Shown here piece after piece: positions 19,301 through 30,233 of a DNA stretch of 64,000 nucleotides; the first letter of the stretch is position 1; the number at the start of each line of letters is the position of its first letter. The notes beneath the pieces are model-generated. The model made no database searches. It was not told where the DNA came from and was given only the letters and a program-made list of their open reading frames with translations. The position numbers were made by a program, and so were the translations under genes. The stretch comes from Rhodothermales bacterium. Its GTDB lineage: Bacteria > Bacteroidota > Rhodothermia > Rhodothermales > Bin80. The stretch covers positions 3,431,282-3,495,281 of the forward strand of contig OZ244061.1 of NCBI GenBank assembly GCA_965215475.1. The letters are read 5' to 3'.

Positions 19301-20377
19301 ATGATTGATTTAGAGAAATTACAGGAAGTGAAGGAACGATTTCGTGAACTGAACGAGGTCATTGCAGCCCCTGCTGTCGCTGCGGATTCTCAGCGTATGG
19401 CAGCCCTGGGACCGGAGCATCGAGAATTGTCCGAAGTCGTGAGTGCCATCAAACGATATGAAGCTGCTCTCACAGAGTCGGAAGAAATGAAGGCATTGAT
19501 CCGTGCGGAGAAAGATGCAGAATTGATAGCACTGGCACGGGATGAGTTGGAGGTATTAACGGAAAAATTGCCGCAGATGGAAAATGAGCTGAAGCAGGCA
19601 TTAGCTCCGAAGGATCCTGCAGATGCCCGAGATGCAATCGTGGAAATCCGTGCAGGAACTGGTGGGAGTGAGGCTGCACTATTTGTTGCCGATCTGTTTC
19701 GTCTTTATGAACGGTACGTTACTCGAAGGGGATGGAAATTGACGGTAATAAACAGTTCAGCAGGAAGTGTTGGAGGATTCAAAGAAGTCGTATTTGGTGT
19801 TTCTGGGCGTAGTGTATTTGGCAGTCTGAGATACGAAAACGGCGTTCATCGCGTCCAGAGGGTTCCTCAGACAGAGTCCAGTGGAAGATTACATACTTCG
19901 GCTGCGAGCGTTGCCGTTTTGCCGGAAGCTACAGATGTTGAAATTGAAATTGCTCTGAACGAGCTCAAGGTGGATGTGTATCGATCGAGTGGGCCCGGAG
20001 GGCAAAGTGTGAATACAACAGATTCAGCGGTCAGAATCACCCATATTCCCACGGGGCTCGTGGTTACGTGCCAAGATGAAAAGAGCCAACACAAAAATAA
20101 GGACAAGGCACTGCGAGTACTTCGCTCTCGTCTATATGAAAAAAGACAAAGCGAACTGAATGCTGAGCGAGATGCAGTACGAAGAGAGGCAGTAGGCTCA
20201 GGGGATCGTTCTGTGAAAATCAGGACCTACAATTATCCGCAAGATCGTGTAACCGATCACCGACTTGAAGGTGAGAATAAAAATTATCCCTTGCGAAAGA
20301 TCATAGAAGGCGAACTTGATGAACTCGTGAATGCATTACAAACGGCGGATCACTCCGATCGGATGGCGAATTTGTAA
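19301..20377 (+). CDS. prfA: peptide chain release factor 1
   Basis: 358 aa. GGQ motif (SGPGGQSVNTT) and the RF1-type block RVQRVPQTESSGRLHTS. Confidence 0.95.
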   Translation: MIDLEKLQEVKERFRELNEVIAAPAVAADSQRMAALGPEHRELSEVVSAIKRYEAALTESEEMKALIRAEKDAELIALARDELEVLTEKLPQMENELKQALAPKDPADARDAIVEIRAGTGGSEAALFVADLFRLYERYVTRRGWKLTVINSSAGSVGGFKEVVFGVSGRSVFGSLRYENGVHRVQRVPQTESSGRLHTSAASVAVLPEATDVEIEIALNELKVDVYRSSGPGGQSVNTTDSAVRITHIPTGLVVTCQDEKSQHKNKDKALRVLRSRLYEKRQSELNAERDAVRREAVGSGDRSVKIRTYNYPQDRVTDHRLEGENKNYPLRKIIEGELDELVNALQTADHSDRMANL

Positions 20378-20486
20378 TCATGGAACACAAGATTTCTTGA
20401 TGGGTAAAACGTGTCTTTCTTGCCCTGCCTTTGTGAGATACGGAGGCATGACAATCTTAAACCAAGTCATTCCGTAGGGATAAGTT

Positions 20487-20861
20487 ATGGCCATGAATCA
20501 AAAGATGTACGAGCTAACGTACATCCTCACCTCCGTGCTCTCAAATGAGCAAATTGAAGAGGTTGTAGCACGAGTGAACGAGATGATTGAGGGAGCAGGG
20601 GGCACCATTATTGAGGTTGACGAGTGGGGAACCCGAAAACTCGCCTATCCAGTGGACAAAAAAAGGAATGGGTACTATGTGAACCTATACTTTGAAGGTT
20701 CTGGTACGCTGATCCCGCGAATTGAACGGGCACTCACGATTGATGATAATGTATTGCGTTCATTGATCTTGGCGATGGATAAGAGTATGGTGGCTCACTA
20801 CCATGCAAATAAATCAATCCGACAAGCTGCTACGGCCAAGGAAGAAAGCGAAGAGAAGTAA
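20487..20861 (+). CDS. rpsF: 30S ribosomal protein S6
   Basis: 124 aa (YELTYIL...[10 protein letters not shown]) with an acidic tail. Confidence 0.9.
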   Translation: MAMNQKMYELTYILTSVLSNEQIEEVVARVNEMIEGAGGTIIEVDEWGTRKLAYPVDKKRNGYYVNLYFEGSGTLIPRIERALTIDDNVLRSLILAMDKSMVAHYHANKSIRQAATAKEESEEK

Positions 20862-20862
20862 G

Positions 20863-21048
20863 ATGTCACAAAAATATATTGATTATAAAGATATCGATTA
20901 TTTGAAGCGTTTTATTAATGAACAAGGTAAAATGCTTCCTAGGCGTGTGCTGGATATACCTGCTAAAAAGCAGCGAGCAATTGCTCGTGCAATCAAGCGG
21001 GCACGACATCTTGCTATGTTGCCCTATGTGGCTGATTCCGTACGTTAA
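20863..21048 (+). CDS. rpsR: 30S ribosomal protein S18
   Basis: The start is set at ATG 20863 ([28 protein letters not shown]). The upstream part of the track ORF overlaps rpsF. Confidence 0.85.
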   Translation: MSQKYIDYKDIDYLKRFINEQGKMLPRRVLDIPAKKQRAIARAIKRARHLAMLPYVADSVR

Positions 21049-21075
21049 AATTGAGATTCAAAAAGGCATTTCGTG

Positions 21076-21531
21076 ATGAAGGTGATTCTCTTAACGGATG
21101 TTCATAACCTCGGTAGCGAGGGAGAGGTTATAAGTGTTAAGAACGGTTATGGCCGCAACTGGCTCATTCCCCAAGGGCTTGCTCAGATGGCAACGCCAGG
21201 TGCGGTTAGAGCATTCGAAGATCAAATGCGCCAGCAAGCGAGGCGACGTGCTCAAGAACTCAATAACGCGGAGGAGATCAAAAAACAACTTGAGAATGCA
21301 GTCGTCAACATCGAAGCTAAAGTGGGTGAGGAAAACCGAATTTTTGGCAGCATAACCTCACAGCAAGTGGCTCTTGGGTTAGCAGTACAAGGCTTCAACA
21401 TTGATCGTCGCATCATTACTATTAATGAGGACATCAAGATTCTTGGAGAATATAAGGCCACGATTAAATTGCACGCAGAAGTACATGCTCAACTTAGTGT
21501 GCATGTGGTTCCGGTGGGTAGCCAGTCATAG
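21076..21531 (+). CDS. rplI: 50S ribosomal protein L9
   Basis: MKVILLTDVHNLGSEGEVISVKNGYGRNWLIPQGLA; the order rpsF-rpsR-rplI is conserved. Confidence 0.9.
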   Translation: MKVILLTDVHNLGSEGEVISVKNGYGRNWLIPQGLAQMATPGAVRAFEDQMRQQARRRAQELNNAEEIKKQLENAVVNIEAKVGEENRIFGSITSQQVALGLAVQGFNIDRRIITINEDIKILGEYKATIKLHAEVHAQLSVHVVPVGSQS

Positions 21532-23437
21532 ACCAACCGAGACATTCGGGATCGCACTGGTTCTTGCACTGATCCCCGTTGGTGTAGGGAAGGCTCAGCC
21601 TACTGTGTCATGGGATATCAGAGCAGAGCATCATGATGCGACTGCGCGTATCCTGGTTGAGGGCACACTCCCCTCGGATGATTTGGAAGGTGGGGCATGG
21701 CGGATGTATGCGTTGGATTCCCCGAGACCTAGCCGAGCTATGGCAGTGCGATTCGATCTCCTGCCCGCAAGGTTAGTTCAGTCAGATTCGCTTCGTCAAG
21801 GGAATGTGCAGTCTGGTTTCGACCCCTACTTTGATAAAGTAGTTACCTATTTTCAGGACAGGGCTGTGGTATGGGCGGATTATACGGTTGAGCGGGAATT
21901 TTCTGGTGGGGATGTCGAGGGGAGTATCGAATTTATGATGTGCAATGAGATTCTCTGTTTGCCTCCAGATTCAATCAAATTTTCCTCTTCATTCGTGGAA
22001 GCGCCCAGTCCATTACCTGCGATTCCAGTGATTTCCTCCTCATCGATTGCACTATCTAATCCATCACGGGGGCTTCCGATGGAAGATTTACCTGTTTCGG
22101 ATATGCAGGCGGATCCATCGTCTGGAATCTTAGGGTTTCTGCTTTTAGCAATGGGTGCAGGGTTTGGGGCGCTTCTGATGCCGTGTATCTATCCAATGAT
22201 CCCATTGACGGTTTCTTACTTTACGCGGCATGCTCAGGGTACACCCATCCGAATGGCGTTGTTGTATGGTTTTTCGATTGTCGTTACGTTCACGAGCCTT
22301 GGTGTGGGTCTTTCGATTCTTGTAGGCAGTGCAGGTACTCAGATTGTTGCTGCAAATCCCTGGGTAAATCTTTTGATTGCTACCGCATTTCTTGTTTTTG
22401 GGTTGTCATTACTTGGTGTATTCAATCTTCGTCTTCCTTCCTCTATCGTTACCTGGTTCGACCGAAAAGGAACAGAGCGCCAGGATTATATTGGGATACT
22501 TTTTATGGGATTGGCCCTTACGCTTGTCTCGTTCACCTGCACCGTCCCATTTGTTGGATTACTGCTTCCGGGAATTGCTACAGGGGCTTGGTTTTATGGT
22601 ATTCTGGGGATGGCGACTTTCAGCTTGACGTTCGCGCTCCCGTTTGTAGCATTCGCATGCTTTCCCCAAGCTCTCAAGGCACTGCCTGGCAGTGGAGGTT
22701 GGATGCATGAGATAGCTATAGTTCTTGGATTCTTGGAAATTGCGGCTGCAGTCAAGTTTTTTTCCAACGCGGATCTAGTTTGGGGGCTTGGTTTGATTGA
22801 TCGGCCACTGACCATAGCATTTTGGATTGTCCTTATTTCTTTGGCGGGATTTTATCTAATAGGCCAGCTGCGATTCTTGGATGAAGCCCATGTTACTCGA
22901 ATTGGTACTGGAAGGCTCTTGTTTGGTGTCTTATTTTTCGGGATTGCAGTTTATTTGCTTCCTGGACTTTTTGGAGGGCGTTTGGGTAGATTGGATGCAT
23001 ACCTACCCCCACGAAGCCCCGATGCGGTGAGTCTGTTTGATATTGGAATTCAGCATGAGCAGAAATGGATTACGGATGATTTACCAGCAGCGTTCTCCGA
23101 GTCAGTACTTCTTGATCAGCCTCTCTTTATTGATTTTTCTGGATATACATGTACGAATTGCAGAGAGATGGAAGTTAATGTATTCGAGCGAGGTGAGGTC
23201 AGTGAATTACTGGCGGATCAGTTTGTACTTAGCCGATTGTATACGGATGGCCCAGATAGCCGTCAATTTCAGGTCTTTCAGGAAAAACTGACTGGTACCC
23301 GTGCCTTACCCACTTATGCAATCATGGATGGGAGAGCTGTAGATCAACCGATGATCCAATTGAGTGGAGTAGTTTCTTCCGAGAAGTTTGAAGCGTTTCT
23401 TCAAGAGGGATTGCGACAATACGGAGAGCGACCATGA
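21503..23437 (+). CDS. dsbD: DsbD-like thiol:disulfide interchange protein (N-terminal periplasmic domain + CcdA-type membrane core + C-terminal thioredoxin fold)
   Basis: The start is probably ATG 21503. The protein has multiple TM helices (LMPCIYPMIPL, SFTCTVPFV) and a C-terminal thioredoxin motif GYTCTNCREME. Confidence 0.7.
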   Translation: MWFRWVASHRPTETFGIALVLALIPVGVGKAQPTVSWDIRAEHHDATARILVEGTLPSDDLEGGAWRMYALDSPRPSRAMAVRFDLLPARLVQSDSLRQGNVQSGFDPYFDKVVTYFQDRAVVWADYTVEREFSGGDVEGSIEFMMCNEILCLPPDSIKFSSSFVEAPSPLPAIPVISSSSIALSNPSRGLPMEDLPVSDMQADPSSGILGFLLLAMGAGFGALLMPCIYPMIPLTVSYFTRHAQGTPIRMALLYGFSIVVTFTSLGVGLSILVGSAGTQIVAANPWVNLLIATAFLVFGLSLLGVFNLRLPSSIVTWFDRKGTERQDYIGILFMGLALTLVSFTCTVPFVGLLLPGIATGAWFYGILGMATFSLTFALPFVAFACFPQALKALPGSGGWMHEIAIVLGFLEIAAAVKFFSNADLVWGLGLIDRPLTIAFWIVLISLAGFYLIGQLRFLDEAHVTRIGTGRLLFGVLFFGIAVYLLPGLFGGRLGRLDAYLPPRSPDAVSLFDIGIQHEQKWITDDLPAAFSESVLLDQPLFIDFSGYTCTNCREMEVNVFERGEVSELLADQFVLSRLYTDGPDSRQFQVFQEKLTGTRALPTYAIMDGRAVDQPMIQLSGVVSSEKFEAFLQEGLRQYGERP

Positions 23438-23495
23438 AGGTCGGATGTCAGCGGTACAGATTCGGATTTGTAATGCGAAGACAGAGCTCAAGACC

Positions 23496-24959
23496 ATGAC
23501 CTTTTTTTGGTATGATTACGAAACCTGGGGTAAGAATCCAATGCATGACCGGGTTGTGCAGTTTGGGGGGTTGCGTACGGACGAGAATTTGGAGCAAATC
23601 GGGGACACCATCGAATTAAAATGTCAACCTGGATTAGACTGTCCAATTGGCCCTGGTGCCATACGTGTTCATGGGATTATGCCCATGGAGGCTCAAAATA
23701 CTGGATTACCTGAAGGAGAATTCGCCTCACGAATTCATAAAGAATTGCGCAAGAAAGGGACATGTAGTGTGGCTTATAATGGGATGAGTTTTGATCATGA
23801 ATTCACCAGGGTACTTTTCTATCGCAATTTATATGATCCGTATGAATGGGCATGGAAAGATGGGAACACTTACTGGGATACCGTGGAAGTGATGCGCGCA
23901 GCATTTCTTCTTCGTCCAGATGCTTTGAAGAATTGGCCGAAAAAAGAAAATGGGACTCCTTCATTTAAGCTAGGAGATTTATCTGAAGCGAACCTTGCAT
24001 CAGAGGAACTTCATCCTTCTCATGATGCTGTGACAGATTCCATTCATATGTGGAAAGTTGCGAAAATAATTCGAGAGAGAGCACCTGAGTTTTGGGAATA
24101 CGCCCTTGAGCTGCGTCACAAGAAGAATACTCAGAAGCTGATGGATCGCGGAGAGCCCGTTCTCCATGTGGTTGGTGGGATTCCCACAAAGCGTTACTGT
24201 TCTACATTGCTAAGTAATTTAGGAGTCTATGGTCGCAATAGCAATGAATACTTTGCCTTTGATCTATTCCATGATCCGACTCCTTTTTTGAAGCCCTTCC
24301 AGCAGTGGACCCCGGAAGACAAATTGGCCGCACGGCGTGCAATCGTATCATTTAAGACGAATAGGTCTCCATTTTTATGCAGGTGGAAATGGGTCGGTAA
24401 TCTCACCGAGTTATCTCTCAAGCAGCTCCTGAATAAAATGAATCTGAATGAGAGTGAGGTTCAGGGTCGCCATGACAGGATTCAGGAGTTTCTCGCTCAA
24501 GACTCCGCAACTCCATTTTCGGAATACATTCAGCAAAGAGAATCCGAATCAGAATATCGCTATTCGTCTTATCAGACAGATCCGGACGAAGCTATTTATG
24601 ATGGTTTTATTACGGATCAAGATCGAAATCTGATGAATCAAGTGCTTCGAGAAGGAGCCAATTTCGATTGGCGTAGCATTAAATCCCAGGATTCTAGAGT
24701 GGAGCCATTAATTTTTAGATATATTGCGCGTAACTATCCTGAATCAATGGATGATGCGGGTACAAATCGTTGGAAGGCTTATTGTCGGAAACGGCAGTTA
24801 GAATCGAAACAGTCACGCAGGGTGACGGCAGACCAGATATTCAGTTACGAGTTGAGAGATTTTTCAGAGTCCTGGGGGAATTTAGATGAATCGCGGGTGA
24901 AACAACTTCTGAAATGGCAGGATCGGGTACGGGAAGTATTGAGTACGCCTCCTTCATAG
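23496..24959 (+). CDS. sbcB: exodeoxyribonuclease I
   Basis: The start is ATG 23496 (MTFFWYDYETWG, a DEDDh Exo I motif). Further marks are YNGMSFDHEF and HDAVTD. Confidence 0.85.
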   Translation: MTFFWYDYETWGKNPMHDRVVQFGGLRTDENLEQIGDTIELKCQPGLDCPIGPGAIRVHGIMPMEAQNTGLPEGEFASRIHKELRKKGTCSVAYNGMSFDHEFTRVLFYRNLYDPYEWAWKDGNTYWDTVEVMRAAFLLRPDALKNWPKKENGTPSFKLGDLSEANLASEELHPSHDAVTDSIHMWKVAKIIRERAPEFWEYALELRHKKNTQKLMDRGEPVLHVVGGIPTKRYCSTLLSNLGVYGRNSNEYFAFDLFHDPTPFLKPFQQWTPEDKLAARRAIVSFKTNRSPFLCRWKWVGNLTELSLKQLLNKMNLNESEVQGRHDRIQEFLAQDSATPFSEYIQQRESESEYRYSSYQTDPDEAIYDGFITDQDRNLMNQVLREGANFDWRSIKSQDSRVEPLIFRYIARNYPESMDDAGTNRWKAYCRKRQLESKQSRRVTADQIFSYELRDFSESWGNLDESRVKQLLKWQDRVREVLSTPPS

Positions 24960-25246
24960 GTAGAGGGGGCCATTCGTTTACAGCAATGCCGTTTCGAGAC
25001 AGTGAAGCTTCGCAAAACCGGGCACTTCAAGTGGGAGAATTGTAATAGATTACGTAGGAAACGACCAGCCAAATTGCACTATATTCCGTCATTCTTTTGC
25101 AATCAGAGTAGGTTGCTCTGAAACCGGGGCAATAAATTCAGCCCTGCAGTTTTCTAGAGTGTAGAGTTTTTCCGTGATTTCAATTTTTCTCTCTATACGA
25201 TGCATCTTTACCAATTTTCGAGGGGATATTGGAAGGGTAATTCCAA

Positions 25247-25543
25247 TTGAGGATGACAGAGTATAGAGTTTCTCGTTGTGCCTACAATGTCCGATTATAT
25301 TCTGGCAGAATAGGTTTCCTGTTGGGATGTATGATGTGGAGCATGATGATCCAGTATGGTCCTAAAAAGGTTTACGCACAGGCCGTAGAAACAATTGCCC
25401 CACTGGTTCTATCTCGATTGGCAGGCCCCATTGAAGTAGATGGGTTTGTGAACGACCCCGCTTGGGCGGAGATAGATTCTCTTCCTGTCGTAATGTATAG
25501 CCCTGTTTTCATGGGGGTTCTACCACGATTTGTATGGAATTGA
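25247..25543 (+). pseudogene. N-terminal fragment of a DUF5916/CBM9-like outer-membrane protein, cut by an ISL3 end
   Basis: Signal-like N-terminus, then GPIEVDGFVNDPAWAEIDSLP. The ORF runs into the ISL3 inverted repeat that starts at 25516. Confidence 0.6.
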
Positions 25544-26174
25544 GTAATTTTGGTTTCACCAAAATTACTTTTTCATGCACGATACGAATTTTAAAGCTTC
25601 AATGCACTAGTGGTTACATTTAGGATCTTTCTGGAGTATTGATACTGTGGAAATCCATGAGAAAAAAGGGCGAGTGGATCTTTATGTTTCTCATTCGGGG
25701 AAGGATCTTGTAAGCCCAGAGAGGGGTGAGCCTGGGACCTTGTATGACCATCGCAAGGAGCGTCAGTGGCGCCATCTGGATCTGTTTACTTGGAAGTGTT
25801 TTATTCACGGTCGGGTTCCCCGCGTACACCCCCCTAAGGGCCCGAAGATGATCCGCATTCCTTAGGTGGATCCATCGAGTCGGGTCACCTATGCGTTTGA
25901 ACGTTTTGCGATAGATCTCTTGAACGCAACGCAACTAAGACCAAAGCATCGGGAATTCTTCGGTGCGGATTTAACCAACTCTATCGCATGATGCATCGTG
26001 CTGTTGAACGCGGAGAATCCCGTAGATCTCTGGCAGGAATTCAACATATCAGTATTGATGAAAAGGCCCTCAAGCGCGGACATACCTACGCAACGATTGT
26101 GAGTGATTCGGATCGTGGAGTGGTGGTTGATGTTGGGTTAGGACGGACGAAAAAAGGAACGATAGAACTCTTAG
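25516..26174 (+). mobile_element. ISL3-family element, 3'-truncated and pseudogenised (copy a)
   Basis: Left IR GGTTCTACCAC.ATTTGTATGGAATTGA.TAATTTTGGTTTCACCAAAATTA matches the intact copy at 35271. The transposase fragments 25647..25865 and 25988..26179 are homologous to 33996..35237, with an in-frame TAG where copy b has TGG. Homology stops at about 26174. Confidence 0.8.
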
Positions 26175-26206
26175 CCTGAATTCCCAACACAATATATCGG
26201 GGTAAT

Positions 26207-26668
26207 GTGAACGACAATTTCGGTTGGGGCTATCAAATGCGTTTAGGGCGTCTATGGCGCGTAAACGGGGCTGCAGGGGTGGGGGAATTTTACGATGGCA
26301 CCAACATTCAGATTGAATTGGAACCTACTTGGAATATATCTCAATATATAGAGCTTGGGGGAACGTATCAGTTTAATCGTGTAAGATTTCCAGATCGTGA
26401 GCAGCAATTTTTTGTACACCTTGTACGAATTCGGGCTCAAATCAGCTTCTCCTCTGCTGCTAGCATCAGTACGTTTCTGCAGTACAGTACGGCGGCAGAT
26501 ATCGTATCTGCGAACGTACGTTTTCGATATAATTTCCGAGAGGGCAATGATTTATGGCTGGTATACAATGAAGGACGCAATACCGATAGGATGAGTCATA
26601 TCCCTTCGACGCTATTTCTAGACGCCAGGACGATATTTCTGAAGTACACCTATACATTCATTCGTTGA
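26207..26668 (+). pseudogene. C-terminal fragment of the same DUF5916-like protein
   Basis: The beta-barrel-like C-terminus ends ...NVRFRYNFREGNDLWLVYNEGRNTD... The two fragments total only about 250 aa, so the middle of the gene is missing. Confidence 0.55.
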
Positions 26669-26765
26669 GGGAAAGAAAAATTCCCAACGATGATCAGTGA
26701 AACATTCGTAGAAACCCAAGGGATACATCATTGATAGGGGAGACTCAAGTACAGGTGTGGTACGA

Positions 26766-27728
26766 TCATTCTGCATGTTCCCACGCTAATCTAGCTGCTC
26801 CAAGCACGACACTATGCGTGATAATATCAGACACTTCGATTCTTACTGGGTCATCAATAGGGTAGCGGAAGGTATGATTATTTACATGTGTGCGGATCTC
26901 GTCCAGAAAAAGAGGAGCTGCGAAAGCTGCGCCGCCACTCAGGATAATGATTTCTGGTGCATACATATGCACTATGCTGACAAGAAACCAAGATAATTCA
27001 GTTTTCCAGGCACTGAAAGCATCCATACACAAAGCGTCATGCTGTGCTACACCTTTCATGACGGTCTCAAAATCTATACTTGCAGGGTCCTCAAAAAATT
27101 GTTCATTCAATACGGATGGTAGGCCTCTTGTGAGACCATCTCGGACAAGAACACTTAATGCTGTCGCGGAGCAAAGGATATTCGCGGTTCCACGTGCACG
27201 GGTAATACATAATCGATGACTGGCAGATTGCTGAACGACATGGCTTGCTTGAGTGCCAAACTGAAGATGCGGATCTCTAAGAATTTTCCCATCCAGCAGT
27301 ACACCTGAACCGACACCGGTGCCTAGTGTAATAGAAACCGCCCAGTTATAGTCACGGGCTTTTCCGTAATGAGTTTCTGCAATAATGGACAACCGTCCAT
27401 CATTGTCTGCAATCACCGGTAGATTTAGATTGTTGATGAGATTAGGAACTATTGGGTATCCCTCCAATCGGAGCTTGCCTGGTAGCAGTACGATACCTTG
27501 TTTCGGATCTACCGCACCAGGAAATCCTATCCCTACTCCTATGGGGGCACTCCCCAGATCCGTTTGGAGAGTGGAAATCTCCTCGATGATTGCCGCTTCC
27601 AGTTGCTCAGCTGACAGTGCAAAACCGGACGATCGCGTTTGCTTTTTCAGGAGTGTACCATCTGAAAGCACAGCTCCCGTTTTTATACGGGTACCACCGA
27701 TATCCACGCCGATGACATATTTATTCAT
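26766..27728 (-). CDS. ROK-family sugar kinase
   Basis: The start is taken at MNKYVIGVDIGGTRIKTGAV, the ROK/ASKHA phosphate-1 motif; the upstream part of the track ORF overlaps the SIS gene. Start coordinate is good to about 1-2 nt. Confidence 0.75.
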   Translation of the reverse strand: MNKYVIGVDIGGTRIKTGAVLSDGTLLKKQTRSSGFALSAEQLEAAIIEEISTLQTDLGSAPIGVGIGFPGAVDPKQGIVLLPGKLRLEGYPIVPNLINNLNLPVIADNDGRLSIIAETHYGKARDYNWAVSITLGTGVGSGVLLDGKILRDPHLQFGTQASHVVQQSASHRLCITRARGTANILCSATALSVLVRDGLTRGLPSVLNEQFFEDPASIDFETVMKGVAQHDALCMDAFSAWKTELSWFLVSIVHMYAPEIIILSGGAAFAAPLFLDEIRTHVNNHTFRYPIDDPVRIEVSDIITHSVVLGAARLAWEHAE

Positions 27729-28497
27729 CGGTGAAGAGGTGGGCGAGACTTTTTCGATAGGCATCATAGAACTCCTCAAGTTGTTCTTCCGCCGTAGTAT
27801 CTCCAATAAATTGGTGACTGGGTAGCAGGACGGGTATATGTCCACGCTGTAATAGCTTCTCGGCAACGGCAACCCGTAACATATTCATCAACATCCCCCC
27901 AGTAACGGTTGAAACTGGACCAGTTCGCCATTGGAGTCCATCTAGTTCGCTGATGCAGTCCCCAGGGGGACAATGATTATCGAGGATGACATCAGCAATG
28001 TCCACCAGTTTTTTTCCTGATGAATGCGATGCTTTGGTCGCTTTTGAGTGCTCTGTGGAAACAACGGCAATGACAGGCATTCCCCGTGTTTTGACTCCAA
28101 GAGCCATTTCGACAATTAGTGGACGGATCCCACTAGTGGAGATGATAATAAATGCATCATTTGGACCAAACCGGAAACCCTTCAAAATTTCTTCGGCGTA
28201 CCCGGTAATTCTTTCAAGATGAAGTGGGCCACGCAATCCATTAGGGCCAATGATTGCAGAATGATTTGAAAGTGCTTGTTCTACGAGTGCATAAAAACCA
28301 ACGAATCCACCTTGTCGGGGTGTCATTTCTTCACACATCATGCGAGAATGTCCAGCTCCAAAGCAAAAGATCAGGCCACCCTTTGCGATTCGTTCGGAAC
28401 ACAATTCTGCAGCGCGCTCCAGATCTGCTAATTGCGTTTGTCGAAGACGATGCAGCCGCTCAATCGTTTGCTCAAAATAATTTACTGCCGCCTCCAT
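27721..28497 (-). CDS. SIS-domain sugar isomerase-like protein (UPF0309-like)
   Basis: 258 aa with GGLIFCFGAGHS and IISTSGIRP SIS-type motifs. It overlaps the start of the ROK gene. Confidence 0.7.
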   Translation of the reverse strand: MEAAVNYFEQTIERLHRLRQTQLADLERAAELCSERIAKGGLIFCFGAGHSRMMCEEMTPRQGGFVGFYALVEQALSNHSAIIGPNGLRGPLHLERITGYAEEILKGFRFGPNDAFIIISTSGIRPLIVEMALGVKTRGMPVIAVVSTEHSKATKASHSSGKKLVDIADVILDNHCPPGDCISELDGLQWRTGPVSTVTGGMLMNMLRVAVAEKLLQRGHIPVLLPSHQFIGDTTAEEQLEEFYDAYRKSLAHLFTDE

Positions 28498-28509
28498 TAA
28501 TTTGTAGAT

Positions 28510-29511
28510 TTAGAGGTCCGTATTCAAGATATTGAGAACCCATGTCTCGGCTGGAAGCTCAGTCAAGCGTTCTTTTAGAGCTAATGCTTCAGGAATCGTA
28601 GGGTTTTGGCCAATTGCCACACGGTAGAGCGTATTATCATGGTTCCGAAGTATGCCGATTGGGATCCTGGGATAGATTTTACGAAATTGATCAACCATAT
28701 TGGATGCCTGCTCAGATGTATTGAATGATCCAATAATAAGGGTGTATCCTCCCGAATCTCGGTTCAGGGATGGAGTTCCAGTGGCAAGTGGATCTTTGAT
28801 ATCATCCAGAATGGCCGAGGGGCGTTCTGGGTTTGGTTCCAAGGGAATATCGAATGTATCCGTGGGATTGATATTATCGGTCGAATCAGCAAAGATCGAA
28901 TCAGATGTAGAGGGTAAGAGACTACTGAATTTTGAGTCATTCGAAGTTCCTTGAAAGAAGGAGAAGTTGTTTTGAAACACCAAATATCCTCCAATTCCTA
29001 CAGCGATTATAGCCGGGATAGCAATGATTACTGGGGAAAATTTTCGTTGATGCTTCGTAGTTATAGGAGAGGGGGATTTCTTAATCTCGAGGGGGGACAA
29101 GTTGGAGATAGCTCCTGTAAGGAATGCTTCTAGCTCAGGGTCCGATTGAAATTCAAGCTTCCCATCTAATTGTTTAAAGATGCCTAATTCAGGAATATAG
29201 ATTGGGATTTGATCTTGAATCTCTTTGACGAAAAGATCAATCGCCGCATTAGCATCTTCCTGAGATACTCCAAGGTTCGAAGCAAGCTCTGAAATGAGAA
29301 ACTCATCTGTAGTCAAGGGGGGCTCCCCTTCAAGAGCAACACGTTTTTTTGGAGGATGAAGAAGGAATTTCTCATCACTTATCCGCTTATGCTTACTCGG
29401 AATAGATTCAACAATCAGGGTCCCTAAGCCAGAGAGCGTCAATTGATTATTTCGCAAAAGGATCTCACGTATACCAAGAACGATGTGTCTTAAGACGGAT
29501 TTACTATTCAC
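28510..29511 (-). CDS. HU-like DNA-binding domain + TM + SPOR-domain protein
   Basis: N-terminal HU/IHF-like segment (LTLSGLGTLIVESIPSK), a TM helix (VIIAIPAIIAVGIGGYLVF) and a C-terminal SPOR domain (GGYTLIIGSFNTSEQASNMV...YRVAIG). Confidence 0.7.
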   Translation of the reverse strand: MNSKSVLRHIVLGIREILLRNNQLTLSGLGTLIVESIPSKHKRISDEKFLLHPPKKRVALEGEPPLTTDEFLISELASNLGVSQEDANAAIDLFVKEIQDQIPIYIPELGIFKQLDGKLEFQSDPELEAFLTGAISNLSPLEIKKSPSPITTKHQRKFSPVIIAIPAIIAVGIGGYLVFQNNFSFFQGTSNDSKFSSLLPSTSDSIFADSTDNINPTDTFDIPLEPNPERPSAILDDIKDPLATGTPSLNRDSGGYTLIIGSFNTSEQASNMVDQFRKIYPRIPIGILRNHDNTLYRVAIGQNPTIPEALALKERLTELPAETWVLNILNTDL

Positions 29512-29579
29512 AACAAGCGCAGATAATTTGTATTAGATTCAAACGTCATAATTTAGGCAAATCTTCTAAATCTATTTGC

Positions 29580-29640
29580 GTATTCCAGTGAGGGCAGTCA
29601 ATCCGCTGGAAGCTGGACACTGTCCCACTTCCAGCGGAAT
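29580..29640 (+). repeat. short interspersed intergenic repeat (copy 2) with an internal imperfect hairpin
   Basis: GTATTCCAGTGAGGGCAGTCAATCCGCTGGAAGCTGGACAC TGTCCCACTTCCAGCGGAAT. The arms 29602..29619 and 29621..29638 pair at 16/18 positions. It is homologous to 9822..9868 in the opposite orientation. Confidence 0.6.
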
Positions 29641-30233
29641 AGCCAATCTATCTTATTCAGCTTCCTATTTTGGGGAGTACGTATTTGATTGCACCTAAAA
29701 TAGTACTCAGCATGATTCTGTTTCATACCAGATGCAAATAGATCATCATCTGCGAATGCGAGGATAATGTGATTATGTATTAAATTTGTAGTCGGAGTGT
29801 CTTCTTTTTTTCATGTATGCGAAATATTGAAAGAGTTCCCTGGAAAGGGTTGGGTCAATGAACAAAAGGGTTAGACATGTGCTCTGCAAAGGGGCAAGCC
29901 CACTCTGATTTGACCTGATCTATGCAGATGAAACCGGTCGATAAAAATATGGTTAAGGGTGGCTGAAGCACAGGATCTGATCATACTGAGTTCGCCTCCA
30001 GGGGACGAATTTCAAGCATTAACTCATTTGAACTGGGGCTAATATCAATGTGCTTCGAGGGATCAATTCTGACTTGATTGATCTTTATGACCGCTGTTCA
30101 ACTCCAATGCATGCGATGCTATTCTAGTGTAGTTAGATCTTGGTAGCGAACTTCAAGGATGCATTGCTGTTGTCGGGTATCCAACTGAGCATAGCATTGG
30201 ATGCCTCCTAGGTAAGGTAAATGTCGAGAAAAT

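Noticed and set aside
20378-20486. A possible S6:S18-binding regulatory leader upstream of rpsF.
   Set aside because: I could not identify a convincing conserved structure by eye. It would need a covariance-model scan.
22183-22710. Alternative-frame ORFs inside the dsbD-like gene. Similar shadow ORFs lie inside asd (14363..15100), metY, metX and the Ppl-like gene.
   Set aside because: They overlap genes with strong family signatures in another frame and show biased, non-protein-like composition.
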